This document shows, piece by piece, positions 49,501-57,684 of a stretch of 57,684 bases of DNA; the stretch's first letter is position 1; every line of letters begins with the position of its first letter. Both the position numbers and the translations under genes were made by a program. The stretch comes from Luteolibacter sp. (GTDB lineage: Bacteria > Verrucomicrobiota > Verrucomicrobiia > Verrucomicrobiales > Akkermansiaceae): the NCBI GenBank assembly GCA_021298895.1, contig JAJTHK010000055.1, positions 1 to 57,684 on the forward strand, given 5' to 3'. The notes beneath the pieces are model-generated. The model was not told where the DNA came from, made no database searches, and worked only from the letters and a program-made list of their open reading frames with translations.

Positions 49501-49691
49501 AAATTCGTATCCTTGGCGAATTTCACGGGCAGGAACTTGAACGCTTCACCGCCAACCCAGCTGAAGCCACCACATTACTAAAGGTCGGCCATTCCCCCGC
49601 ACCAGCGGCAATTCCTCCCACCAAACTCGCCGCCGCAACCTCGATGGCCCGCGCCATACTCAACCTTCACGAAACCATCACCCGCTACTGA
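46554..49691 (+). CDS. planctomycete cytochrome c / DUF1549 / DUF1553 protein
   Basis: CFFCHG, CAECHDH, WLDVVRYADS, PSHPELLDWLA and SNTPLQAL; true start may be ATG 46668. Confidence 0.92.
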   Translation: MTIPNLDHPIRGTIKHIAIINPSVRAVKRLGSSFRLPQMFLVILSYSALTPLLLGQQPEIRYGRDIRPILSDKCFFCHGPDPKTREEDLRLDIREDAIASKAFIPGNPEKSRLIKLINATDEDDIMPPPASHKVLTKTEKQLLHDWIKAGAEYEPHWAYTQPVRKPGETIDSLVANDLKRRNLDFSPPADPSTLLRRMHLDVIGLPPSPEQVANFQKAHAENPAAAVRQIVEELLASPHFGERMALSWLDVVRYADSVGYHGDNERSASPFRDYVIESFNSDKPFDQFTIEQLAGDLLPNATLQQQIGSSYNRLNQLSEEGGIQDAEYLAKYQAERVRTTSAAWLGSTLACAECHDHKFDPFKAKDFYSFAAYFSDILEKGAWNGNGKYQEDIAKWTTLGIPFNKWGPVLNVPTPEQESRLREIDQKILQLRAQLNAPAETDQKELDTWITDQRALLDSKEPYDAPLLDETLPEPASIDDTKLVDRSVAPVQSGSHSRKQEAAGLYQHIAKLKNPAAVHEGDQLYLWVYLDPTKPPRALMLQVNVNGKWEHRAYWGEAVIEYGKSAGGHAYHHAGALPKAGEWTRLSVSAASLGIAPKALISQLACAQFDGLVYWDNVGIHSTNPARRLAHLPPEAITQLSAAVTDKAKLAQIYRRTTPAWKKLSAEITSLENERAGILKTTPSVPMTISAKPREIRLLNRGDWQDKSGPIVSPATPGFLTTATSTNDPSTRPTRLDLAKWIVSKENPLTARVFTNRIWARLLGTGLSKDTGDLGLQGEYPSHPELLDWLALEFMENKWSSKHLLRSILLSRTYQQSSTPSPALAESDPNNRLLARQSQLRLPAELIRDNALAVSGLLHPEIGGPSAKPYQPSGYYRHLNFPAREYKADTGSQLYRRGLYTHWQRTFLHPMLKAFDAPSREECTPDRSSSNTPLQALNQLNDPAFTEAARALAAKLLEEPEGETNLVARAWIRCLGRTATAEEIRILGEFHGQELERFTANPAEATTLLKVGHSPAPAAIPPTKLAAATSMARAILNLHETITRY

Positions 49692-49699
49692 TCGATCCC

Positions 49700-51079
49700 A
49701 TGTTCCACCACTCCAATCGCCGCACCTTCCTCGGTCAAGGCCTCACCGGCCTCGGCACGATCGCTCTATCACGTCTGTTAGGAGCTGAAATTGCCTCTGG
49801 CCCCGCCCCTAAGTTACAACCCAAGGTCAAACGCGTCATCTTCCTCAGCATGGCGGGAGGTCCATCCCATTTGGAAACCTTCGATTTCAAACCGAAGCTC
49901 CGCGAACTACACGGCAAGCCAATGCCAGAGTCCTTCACCAAAGGCCAACAACTCGCGCAACTTCAAGGCATGACTCTCAACTGCCTAGGTCCTCAACACG
50001 ATTTCTCCCGCCACGGTAAATCTGGGTTAGAGATCAGCAATGTCTTCCCCCACATCTCGAAACACGCTGACGAGATCGCGGTGATCCGCTCGATGCACAC
50101 CAAGCAGATCAACCACGATCCCGCCCACACCTTCATGAACACCGGTTCGATCATCCCAGGCCGACCATCGATGGGAGCCTGGGTGCTTTACGGACTCGGC
50201 AGCGAAAGCCAGAACCTGCCGGGTTTCGTGGTGCTCACCAGCGTCGGCGGCGGCCAAGCCCAACCGATCTCGTCGCGCCAGTGGAGTAGCGGCTTCCTCC
50301 CAGGCCACCTGCAAGGCGTCGAGTTCCAATCCGCCGGCGACCCAGTACACTACGTCCGGACTCCTCCCGGCAACACGCCCGCATCCCAACAACAACTCAT
50401 TCAAACCGTCAACCGCCTCAACGCGCTCAACTCACCTACAACCCGCGATCCGGAAATCGCCACCCGCATCCAGCAGTATGAACTCGCCTTCCGCATGCAG
50501 GCCTCCGTGCCGGAATTGATGTCCTACCAGGATGAGAGTAAAGAGACACTCGAAATGTATGGATGCACCCCGGGCGATGGCTCTTTCGCGTCGAACTGCT
50601 TACTAGCGCGCCGTCTCGCTGAGCGCGGCACTCGCTTCATCCAAGTCTATCACCGCGGCTGGGACCACCACGGCGGAGTCAAGAACGGCGTCGCCACTAC
50701 CGGAAAAATTGTCGATCAAGCGACCTCCGCCCTACTCACCGATCTCAAGCAACGCGGTCTGTTAGAAGATACGCTGGTCGTCTGGGGCGGTGAGTTCGGC
50801 CGTACCCCGATGGCCCAAGGCGATGGTCGAGACCATCACATCAAGGCTTTCTCCATCTTCCTCGCAGGCGGCGGCATCAAGGGCGGCACCGTGCATGGTG
50901 AATCAGATGAACTAGGTTACGGGATCGCCCGCGACCCTGTCTCCGTTCACGATCTCCACGCGACCCTGCTTCATCTGTTAGGCCTCGACTACCAGCGCTT
51001 CTCATATCGCCATCAGGGACTCGACCAGAAGCTCACCGGGGTCGAGCCAGCATCAGTCATCAAGCAAATCCTCGCCTAG
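49700..51079 (+). CDS. DUF1501 family protein (Tat signal)
   Basis: NRRTFL, GGPSHLETFD, WDHH, GEFGRTP and GRDHH motifs. Confidence 0.93.
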   Translation: MFHHSNRRTFLGQGLTGLGTIALSRLLGAEIASGPAPKLQPKVKRVIFLSMAGGPSHLETFDFKPKLRELHGKPMPESFTKGQQLAQLQGMTLNCLGPQHDFSRHGKSGLEISNVFPHISKHADEIAVIRSMHTKQINHDPAHTFMNTGSIIPGRPSMGAWVLYGLGSESQNLPGFVVLTSVGGGQAQPISSRQWSSGFLPGHLQGVEFQSAGDPVHYVRTPPGNTPASQQQLIQTVNRLNALNSPTTRDPEIATRIQQYELAFRMQASVPELMSYQDESKETLEMYGCTPGDGSFASNCLLARRLAERGTRFIQVYHRGWDHHGGVKNGVATTGKIVDQATSALLTDLKQRGLLEDTLVVWGGEFGRTPMAQGDGRDHHIKAFSIFLAGGGIKGGTVHGESDELGYGIARDPVSVHDLHATLLHLLGLDYQRFSYRHQGLDQKLTGVEPASVIKQILA

Positions 51080-51293
51080 GGAAAATCCTTTCATTCAAAC
51101 CAAGAGAAGCCCTCATAGTCACTTCTAATGGCAGCAACCCCTAATTCGGCAGCGCAAAGATCTTCGCGCAGATGGGAAAGATTTTGCTGAAGCTGATCTC
51201 AAGATCAGCAAGTTGTCTTGCCTGTAATCTTTACAAATCTGGCATAAAAACTAATATCAATCGAATATAAAAAACCACCCGATACGATATCGC

Positions 51294-53624
51294 ATGACCA
51301 AGAAAATGAAAAAACTCAAAATACTTGTATCCAGCCGCTTGATGACGGCTGCCTTTGCAACGCTAATCCTCACAGCAGTCGACGCCAAAACATGGACCAG
51401 TGCCGACGGAGCAAAATCCTTCGAAGGCGAACTCAAGTCCTACGACGCCGAAAAGGGCTTAGTTACGGTAACTCTTCCCAACGGTAAGCCGATTAACTTC
51501 TCAGAAAAGATTCTTGCGCCAGCTGACATTGCTTACCTCAAAGAAAATGGAAGTAAGATCGCTGCTGCAGCGACAACCGTTGTAAACACCAAAGACATTC
51601 CCGATGTTTGGCCTCCTACAGACGAGAAACCCTACAACGGCAAAAATCTTAAATCTGAATACGCGGCCGAACTGAAGTCTCTGTTAGCTGATCTCTCCCG
51701 CTCACTACCTAAGGTTGGAGGCAACGGATTTGCAGAACTTGAAACAGCAGTCAAGGCTAGCGCCGAAGCAGAAGCAAAAGCGGAAGCTGCGCAAAAAGAG
51801 TTCGGCCAAATCGGTGGAGCTAAGGCATTGATCGACCACGCCAAAGGCAAATGGATCGGCGGCGCGAACAAAAACATAGCAGATGCGCAAGCAGCTATCA
51901 AAAATGCAAAAAGCCCAGCTGAAAAAAGCGCTGCAGAGAGAAGCCTCGCCGATGCAAAGAAAAACCTCGCTGATGGAGAAGCCGCCCTCAAAGAACGCAC
52001 AGAGGCCTATGAAAAAGCCAAGGCCAACGAAACAACTCTCAAGAAAAACCACGAGCAAGCACAGGCAGTTTTGGCCGAAGCTAAAAACCGTGAATCAGAT
52101 GCCGCTAAAAAACTGATTGGTTCCATGAGTTCATTTCTCTCTAGCAACTCACTAGACGGAAAGCTCGCTAAGGCATTTATTCTAACAGTATCTACTCCAG
52201 ATGGACTTGGCGCTTTCGCCGATAAAAGCGTTGTTAATGCTGCCGCAGTCGAACAACTACTAGCCAATGATGAATTGATGATGGAGATGATGGTAGCCGG
52301 TGGCGCGCGCTACGGAAAATTCGGCGAAGCCATGAAGATTTTCACCACGATTCAGAAAATCAGCCCGCAGGCAAAAGATGGAGTCTTACGCCGTTTTGCC
52401 CTAGCCACCAGCCTAGAACACGGGCAGCCAGTCAAAGCAAATCTGAGCCCTAACGTCGCAGATCAATCTCCAAATATTCACCCCATCAAGCGATATCTAC
52501 AATACGAAAAAGCTTACTTAGCTGACGAGCTGGACCCCGCCTTCAAAACGCTAAACACATGGGAAATGCGCTTTGTCGCAAACAGTGAGGATCCCGATGA
52601 AATCCTTGTCTGGGGTCGTGAAATGCTGCGCACCTACCGGCCGGACCACATTTACAACCCGGACTATGGCTGGCGCTACGTTTCCAGCGTGAGGACCGAG
52701 GTCCCTTATGGATCGCAGAATGTGAAGTTTGACGATCCATCAAATCATCAACACCAGAACATCATCCGTAACGGAGGCGTCTGCGGACGCCGGGCATTTT
52801 ATGGCCGTTTTATTCTTCGCTCCTTCGGGATCCCCACCTGGGGTGTCACCCAAAAAGCCCACGCCGCCCTCAGCCATTGGACACCCAAAGGCTGGGTAGT
52901 TAACCTTGGCGCCGGATTCCAACACAGCTGGTGGGACAAAGATGAGGAGAAGCTCAGCGGCAGCCAGTTTTTGTTAGAAACCCAGGCACGCGCCCACAAG
53001 GACGAATACATCAAAATTGTGCGGGCGGAGATGGTGAGCCGCATTCTCGGAGAAAAGGCCTATAACGAACGCGGCAATGAGCAGGGCGGGCATTGGAGCA
53101 ATGTCGCCCTCAACCTGTCCCGCCTCCTCGCTTCCAGCACCGCCGCCCTCGGCCCGCTCGGCCAAGAACTCGCCGAGGCCAACGAAAAAGAGCAAGAACT
53201 CCAATCAGAGGCTACCTCAAAAGAGGATCTTGAAATCCAGGAAAAAGGCGGCGTGATCACCGTTCCGGTCATCGCCCACAAATCAATCTCCGGCAAATCG
53301 GCATCCATGCGCTCTTTCTCGGGCGGCATGCAAATCCACGCCTTCGGCGGCTTCAATGCGGAGTATAAAATCCAAGCGCAACGATCAGGAGACTATCTGC
53401 TGACCGCCAAGGTTGCCACAGCTCAAACTGGCCAAGGATTCGTTTACACCGTGAATGACGCGCAACCCGTTCAACAAGCCGCTCCCTATACGATTGGTGT
53501 CTGGAAAAACTCCGAAGCTATCCCGGTCAAACTCAAAAGTGGATCAAACACCCTTCAATTCCAAATCACGGATGGCAGCCGTGGCGTAACCCTCAAGGAA
53601 TTCACCCTGACTCCGGCCAGGTAA
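51294..53624 (+). CDS. secreted multidomain protein (SHD1-like, coiled coil, transglutaminase-like core, C-terminal beta-sandwich)
   Basis: KTWTSADG..F.G SHD1-like start; Ala/Lys/Glu-rich coil; GGVCGRRA..FGIP..HA; LKSGSNTL. Confidence 0.6.
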   Translation: MTKKMKKLKILVSSRLMTAAFATLILTAVDAKTWTSADGAKSFEGELKSYDAEKGLVTVTLPNGKPINFSEKILAPADIAYLKENGSKIAAAATTVVNTKDIPDVWPPTDEKPYNGKNLKSEYAAELKSLLADLSRSLPKVGGNGFAELETAVKASAEAEAKAEAAQKEFGQIGGAKALIDHAKGKWIGGANKNIADAQAAIKNAKSPAEKSAAERSLADAKKNLADGEAALKERTEAYEKAKANETTLKKNHEQAQAVLAEAKNRESDAAKKLIGSMSSFLSSNSLDGKLAKAFILTVSTPDGLGAFADKSVVNAAAVEQLLANDELMMEMMVAGGARYGKFGEAMKIFTTIQKISPQAKDGVLRRFALATSLEHGQPVKANLSPNVADQSPNIHPIKRYLQYEKAYLADELDPAFKTLNTWEMRFVANSEDPDEILVWGREMLRTYRPDHIYNPDYGWRYVSSVRTEVPYGSQNVKFDDPSNHQHQNIIRNGGVCGRRAFYGRFILRSFGIPTWGVTQKAHAALSHWTPKGWVVNLGAGFQHSWWDKDEEKLSGSQFLLETQARAHKDEYIKIVRAEMVSRILGEKAYNERGNEQGGHWSNVALNLSRLLASSTAALGPLGQELAEANEKEQELQSEATSKEDLEIQEKGGVITVPVIAHKSISGKSASMRSFSGGMQIHAFGGFNAEYKIQAQRSGDYLLTAKVATAQTGQGFVYTVNDAQPVQQAAPYTIGVWKNSEAIPVKLKSGSNTLQFQITDGSRGVTLKEFTLTPAR

Positions 53625-53642
53625 TTCTCGCTTCCAAGGAAT

Positions 53643-53685
53643 GACAAACCGTCGTCAGGGATATGACGAGGGTTTGTCGGCTTTT
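53643..53685 (+). terminator. hairpin terminator
   Basis: GACAAACC-g-TCGTCA ... TGACGA-g-GGTTTGTC followed by ggctttt. Confidence 0.65.
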
Positions 53686-53767
53686 AAAAAAAAATTGAAA
53701 ATCCCGAGCTTCCCCTCACGTATCAGGAACTATCACTTGCGGCTCCACCCCACTCACCCTTGATTCC

Positions 53768-55228
53768 ATGTTCGAAATCACCCGTCGTCATTTTCTTTCC
53801 AAGCTCTCCACCGGAATCGGTGGGGCAGCTCTAGCATCGATGTTGCCTCAGCGCGCTTCGGGCGCCAATGCGTTAGCAGAGAAACTTCTGAGAGACCACG
53901 CACCCAAGGCAAAACGGGTGATCTACCTGTTCATGTCCGGCGGTCCTTCGCACATGGATCTTTTTGACTACAAGCCCAAGCTCAACGAGCTCAATGGCCA
54001 GCAACTGCCTGACTCCGTCCGCAATGGTCAGCGCCTCACCGGCATGTCAGGAAACCAAGCCGTGTTGCCGCTTGCGGGCTCACAGTTCAAATTCGCCCAA
54101 TATGGAAAATCCGGCGCCTGGGTCAGTGAATTGCTACCGCACACCGCAAAAGTCGTGGACGATCTTTGCTTCGTGAAATCCCTCTGGACAGAAGCGATCA
54201 ATCACGATCCCGCGATGACCTTTTTTCAAACCGGCTCCCAGATCGCCGGCCGCCCTTCACTCGGCTCATGGGTCACTTACGGCCTGGGCTCGGAAAATGA
54301 AAACCTACCGGGTTTTGTGGTCCTGGTGACAAAAAAACCTACTGACCAACCGCTTGCCGCCCGCCTCTGGGGCACCGGCTTCCTCGACTCTCGCTACCAG
54401 GGCGTGCGTTTCTCCTCCGGAAAAGACGCGGTGTTCTACCTCTCCAATCCCGATGGGGTTTGCCAATCGGGCCGACGCGCGCTCTTGGATAAACTCTCCG
54501 CTCTCAATAAAATGGATTTCCAAAATGAAATCGATCCCGAGATCGAAACGAGGATCGCCCAATATGAAATGGCTTATCGCATGCAGACCAGCGTGCCGGA
54601 AGTCACCGATATCAGTGGCGAGCCACAATCCATCAAAGATCTCTACGGTCCGGATGCCCAAAATCCCGGCACTTTTGCCGCCAATTGCCTGCTTGCGCGC
54701 CGCCTCGCGGAAAAAGGAGTCCGTTTCATCCAGCTCTATCATCCAGGATGGGATCAACATGACAACCTGCCTTCCGCGATTCGCAAACAAACCCAGGAAA
54801 CCGATCAAGGCTGCGCGGCTTTGATTGCGGATCTCAAGCAACGCGGCATGTTGGAAGACACGCTCGTCGTCTGGGGGGGTGAGTTCGGACGCACCGCTTA
54901 CTCGCAAGGCACATTAACCAAAGACAACTACGGCCGGGATCACCACCCGCGCTGCTTCACCGCATGGATGGCCGGGGGCGGGATCAAACCCGGAATGACT
55001 TACGGAGCGACCGATGACTATGGCTACAACATTGTCGGTGCCGATGGCCAAGCGATCAATCCATCGAAAGATAAATACATTCCCGGTACCGTTCACGTAC
55101 ACGATTTCCATGCCACCATCCTCAACCAACTCGGCATCGACCACACCCGCCTCTCCCACACCTTCCAGGGCAGACGATTCCGCCTAACAGATGTACATGG
55201 ACATATTGTGAAGGAGCTGCTTTTATAG
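53768..55228 (+). CDS. DUF1501 family protein (Tat signal)
   Basis: TRRHFL, GGPSHMDLFD, WDQH, GEFGRT and GRDHH motifs. Confidence 0.93.
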   Translation: MFEITRRHFLSKLSTGIGGAALASMLPQRASGANALAEKLLRDHAPKAKRVIYLFMSGGPSHMDLFDYKPKLNELNGQQLPDSVRNGQRLTGMSGNQAVLPLAGSQFKFAQYGKSGAWVSELLPHTAKVVDDLCFVKSLWTEAINHDPAMTFFQTGSQIAGRPSLGSWVTYGLGSENENLPGFVVLVTKKPTDQPLAARLWGTGFLDSRYQGVRFSSGKDAVFYLSNPDGVCQSGRRALLDKLSALNKMDFQNEIDPEIETRIAQYEMAYRMQTSVPEVTDISGEPQSIKDLYGPDAQNPGTFAANCLLARRLAEKGVRFIQLYHPGWDQHDNLPSAIRKQTQETDQGCAALIADLKQRGMLEDTLVVWGGEFGRTAYSQGTLTKDNYGRDHHPRCFTAWMAGGGIKPGMTYGATDDYGYNIVGADGQAINPSKDKYIPGTVHVHDFHATILNQLGIDHTRLSHTFQGRRFRLTDVHGHIVKELLL

Positions 55229-55237
55229 GAGAGAAAT

Positions 55238-55338
55238 GATTGACGATTGCTGATTGACGATTGTTGATATTTGATTTGAAAGAGAAATCAAAACAGCATC
55301 GCTTACTCTTCATTCAACAATCAACAATCGTCATTCAA
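55238..55338. repeat. inverted heptamer-tract module
   Basis: gattgac-gattgct-gattgac-gattgtt-gatattt-gatttgaaagag ... ctcttca-ttcaacaatcaacaatcgtcattcaa. Confidence 0.85.
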
Positions 55339-55404
55339 TACAGATCATGTGTTCGCTATTCTCATAGCTATTAAATGATTTATAAAATCCCAGCAACCCA
55401 CACC

Positions 55405-56367
55405 ATGAAAACCCCACTATTCGCCGCATTACTCACTTTAACTCCCATATTTGGAGCTGAGGTTTTAAAAACCACCGAAACCGATAGCGCCATCACGATC
55501 ACCCACGGCGAGAATACGGTTCTGGTTTATCACAAAGCTGAGCTCACACCTCCTGAAGGCGTCAAACCCATCTACAAACGCTCTGGCTTCATTCATCCGC
55601 TTTGCACTCCAGCAGGACATGCGGTGACCGGCATCCATCCCCCCGATCACTATCACCATCTCGGGCTTTTTCACGCATGGGTGCAAACCAAACATGGTGA
55701 GGACAAAATCGATTTCTGGAATCTCGATAAAGCAACTGGCAGAGTGCGTTATACTTCTACGATTTCGGTTACCAAGGGCGAGCAGTCCAAAGCAACGGGT
55801 TTCAGCGTGAAGCAGGAACACGTCGCATACAAAGGCAAAGAAAAAAAGGAAACGGTTGTCCTTGAAGAAATTTTCACCATCACCGCCGAGTCTATGGATG
55901 GTCACAATGTCATCACTTACGACGTCGCACAAACCAATATCACTGACACAGCTCTAACACTTCCCGTCTTTCGTTACGGTGGATGCCTTGGCTGGCGCGG
56001 CCCTCATACATGGAACAAAGACAACAGCACCATACGGACATCCGAAGGCAAAGGCCGCGATGACAGCCACACCACACGCGCAAAATGGATCGCTTATGAA
56101 GGCTCTGTAGAAAAAGGCCAAGTCACCTTCGCGGTCTTGATCCATCCGGATAATCATGATTTCCCCCAACGCCTCCGCACATGGACGGCAAAAGATAACA
56201 ATGGCGCACCCTTCCTAAGCATCTGCCCCGTCCAAGAAAAACCCTGGGAAATCACTCCTAAACAAACCATCAAAATGCGCTACACCCTCATCACCTGCGA
56301 TGGCACTGTCGAAGTCGCTAAAATCGATGAATGGTGGAAATCCCTAACCCAACGCATTAACAAATAA
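55405..56367 (+). CDS. secreted DUF6807 ('PmoA family') protein
   Basis: RSGFIHPL.TP.G, PPDHYHHLGLF, DFW, YGG..WR and HPDN motifs. Confidence 0.75.
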   Translation: MKTPLFAALLTLTPIFGAEVLKTTETDSAITITHGENTVLVYHKAELTPPEGVKPIYKRSGFIHPLCTPAGHAVTGIHPPDHYHHLGLFHAWVQTKHGEDKIDFWNLDKATGRVRYTSTISVTKGEQSKATGFSVKQEHVAYKGKEKKETVVLEEIFTITAESMDGHNVITYDVAQTNITDTALTLPVFRYGGCLGWRGPHTWNKDNSTIRTSEGKGRDDSHTTRAKWIAYEGSVEKGQVTFAVLIHPDNHDFPQRLRTWTAKDNNGAPFLSICPVQEKPWEITPKQTIKMRYTLITCDGTVEVAKIDEWWKSLTQRINK

Positions 56368-56397
56368 CAATCCCCCTATCTCCCTATCCTCTTTCCC

Positions 56398-57327
56398 ATG
56401 AAACTCCTAATCCGCACCATCGCGTTACTCACCGCTATCGCTCCTCTTGCTATCCGTGCTCAGGAAGTTGCTGCGCATCCCGTCAAGCCGCTGCTCTGGA
56501 AAATCGAAGGCGGCGATCTAAAAAAACCATCCTACCTCTTCGGCACAATCCATCTTGGCGGCGGCGCACTGAACAAGCTTCATCCCACAGCTCAGAAAGC
56601 TTTCGATGAATCCGAAATCTTGCTTACCGAAGTACCCATGGATGCAAAAACTCAGATGGGCATAGCGATGAAAGTCATGCGCAAAGACGGTAAAACCCTC
56701 GCGGATTCGATAGGTGCGGATTTATCCAATCAACTAGATGACGAACTCAAGGCGATCAATCCCGCTTTGAATTCAAAACCTTTCCAACCCATGTGCACAT
56801 GGGCGATTGCCGCTACCTTGCCCATGTTGGAAGCTCAACTCACTGGCGCGACCGCTCTTGACCAAAAGCTCTGGGCCGCGGCCGTCAAACAAGGCAAAAA
56901 AACCGATGCGATGGAGACCGCTGATTTCCAAGTGGATCTACTCGCTTCATTCACCGAAGCGGAGCAAGTGAATTTCCTATCTGAAACCCTCCGCTACATG
57001 CGCAAAGATCGCGAAGAGGGAACAAACAGCGTGAAAGAGCTCACCGATGCCTACATCAAGGGCGATGCCGAACTCCTGGAGAAACTGATCGAAAAATCGT
57101 TTAAAGAAATGCGCGAAGGCCCGCATAAAGAGCTCGGTGAGAAATTTTGCGACAAACTCCTGACCCAACGCGACAAAACCATGGCGGCCACCATCGCCGA
57201 GAAGCTCAAAAAATCACCCGACACCATCCATTTCTTCGCCGCCGGCTCAGCCCATTTCACGGGAGACCCAAGCATCCGCAGTCATTTAGAAAAAGCCGGC
57301 TACCGCATCACCCGCATCGCGGAGTAG
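56398..57327 (+). CDS. TraB/GumN family protein
   Basis: LLWKI, SYLFGTIH, ETADFQ, RDKTM and FFAAGSAH motifs. Confidence 0.9.
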   Translation: MKLLIRTIALLTAIAPLAIRAQEVAAHPVKPLLWKIEGGDLKKPSYLFGTIHLGGGALNKLHPTAQKAFDESEILLTEVPMDAKTQMGIAMKVMRKDGKTLADSIGADLSNQLDDELKAINPALNSKPFQPMCTWAIAATLPMLEAQLTGATALDQKLWAAAVKQGKKTDAMETADFQVDLLASFTEAEQVNFLSETLRYMRKDREEGTNSVKELTDAYIKGDAELLEKLIEKSFKEMREGPHKELGEKFCDKLLTQRDKTMAATIAEKLKKSPDTIHFFAAGSAHFTGDPSIRSHLEKAGYRITRIAE

Positions 57328-57684
57328 GCTGGGATCAGCTAAATACCCCCAAGCTTAAGCCTTTCAGAGCCTTAATTACTGGGATATTTCACCATTTCAC
57401 CGTACCACACCCTACTTTGCGACCCCTCTTGCAGCTTCCTGCCCTCGTAGACTCCTTGACCACCATATTTATAGCGACGGCGGGGGCTTAGTGGAGTGCT
57501 TTTAACCCGGAACTCAATATGGAGATTCGGGTTTTTACCACAGAGCAGTGGTGTTAGTGTGCAAGTGAAAATTCTGGATTTGCTACAAGTTTATTTAGAA
57601 CACAGAGCATTTTACGCATTACGGCAACGATCGCAATTTTTGCACTTTTTCCAGATAGGCGCAGGCGCTCGTAAAAGGCTTTTA

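Noticed and set aside
55405-56367. Particulate methane monooxygenase
   Set aside because: The 'PmoA family' label refers to a soluble secreted DUF6807-type protein; there are no TM helices and no pmoCB.
147-57491. Numerous short overlapping or antisense ORFs in the supplied track
   Set aside because: They are shadows of well-supported genes or translations of repeats, with no recognisable motifs.
57328-57684. Gene or RNA at the right edge
   Set aside because: No recognisable ORF or RNA structure; context is truncated by the window end.

Overview
A 57.7 kb chromosomal window, most likely from a Verrucomicrobiota bacterium (Luteolibacter/Haloferula-like). This is inferred from the PEP-CTERM, TIGR02597-like, DUF1549/DUF1553, DUF1501, DUF1080 and SHD1-like proteins. 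Housekeeping genes are cysK, cysJIH, aroB, ispE, purU, tig-clpP-clpX and a DAHP synthase. Also present are a GldA/F/G-like ABC cluster, an orphan beta-class DNA methyltransferase, a GC-rich GH127-like/AraC islet, an AT-rich pair of surface-protein genes and a sulfatase/DUF1553/DUF1501 accessory region. I recognised no rRNA, tRNA, CRISPR array, transposase, integrase or reverse transcriptase. The most unusual signals are not genes. (1) The non-palindromic hexamer TGTTAG/CTAACA occurs at least about 60 times by manual count, on both strands and in all reading frames, often through TTA/CTA/AGA codons. (2) Many intergenic spacers carry hairpin modules whose arms are tandem ~9-bp or 7-bp units; the unit differs between modules, but the two arms of a module stay complementary, and modules nest, form arrays and share a core motif. 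(3) A 109-bp, synonymously diverged second copy of the pfkB-family gene 3' end is fused to one of these modules at a microhomology. All counts and family assignments were made by eye, without database searches.
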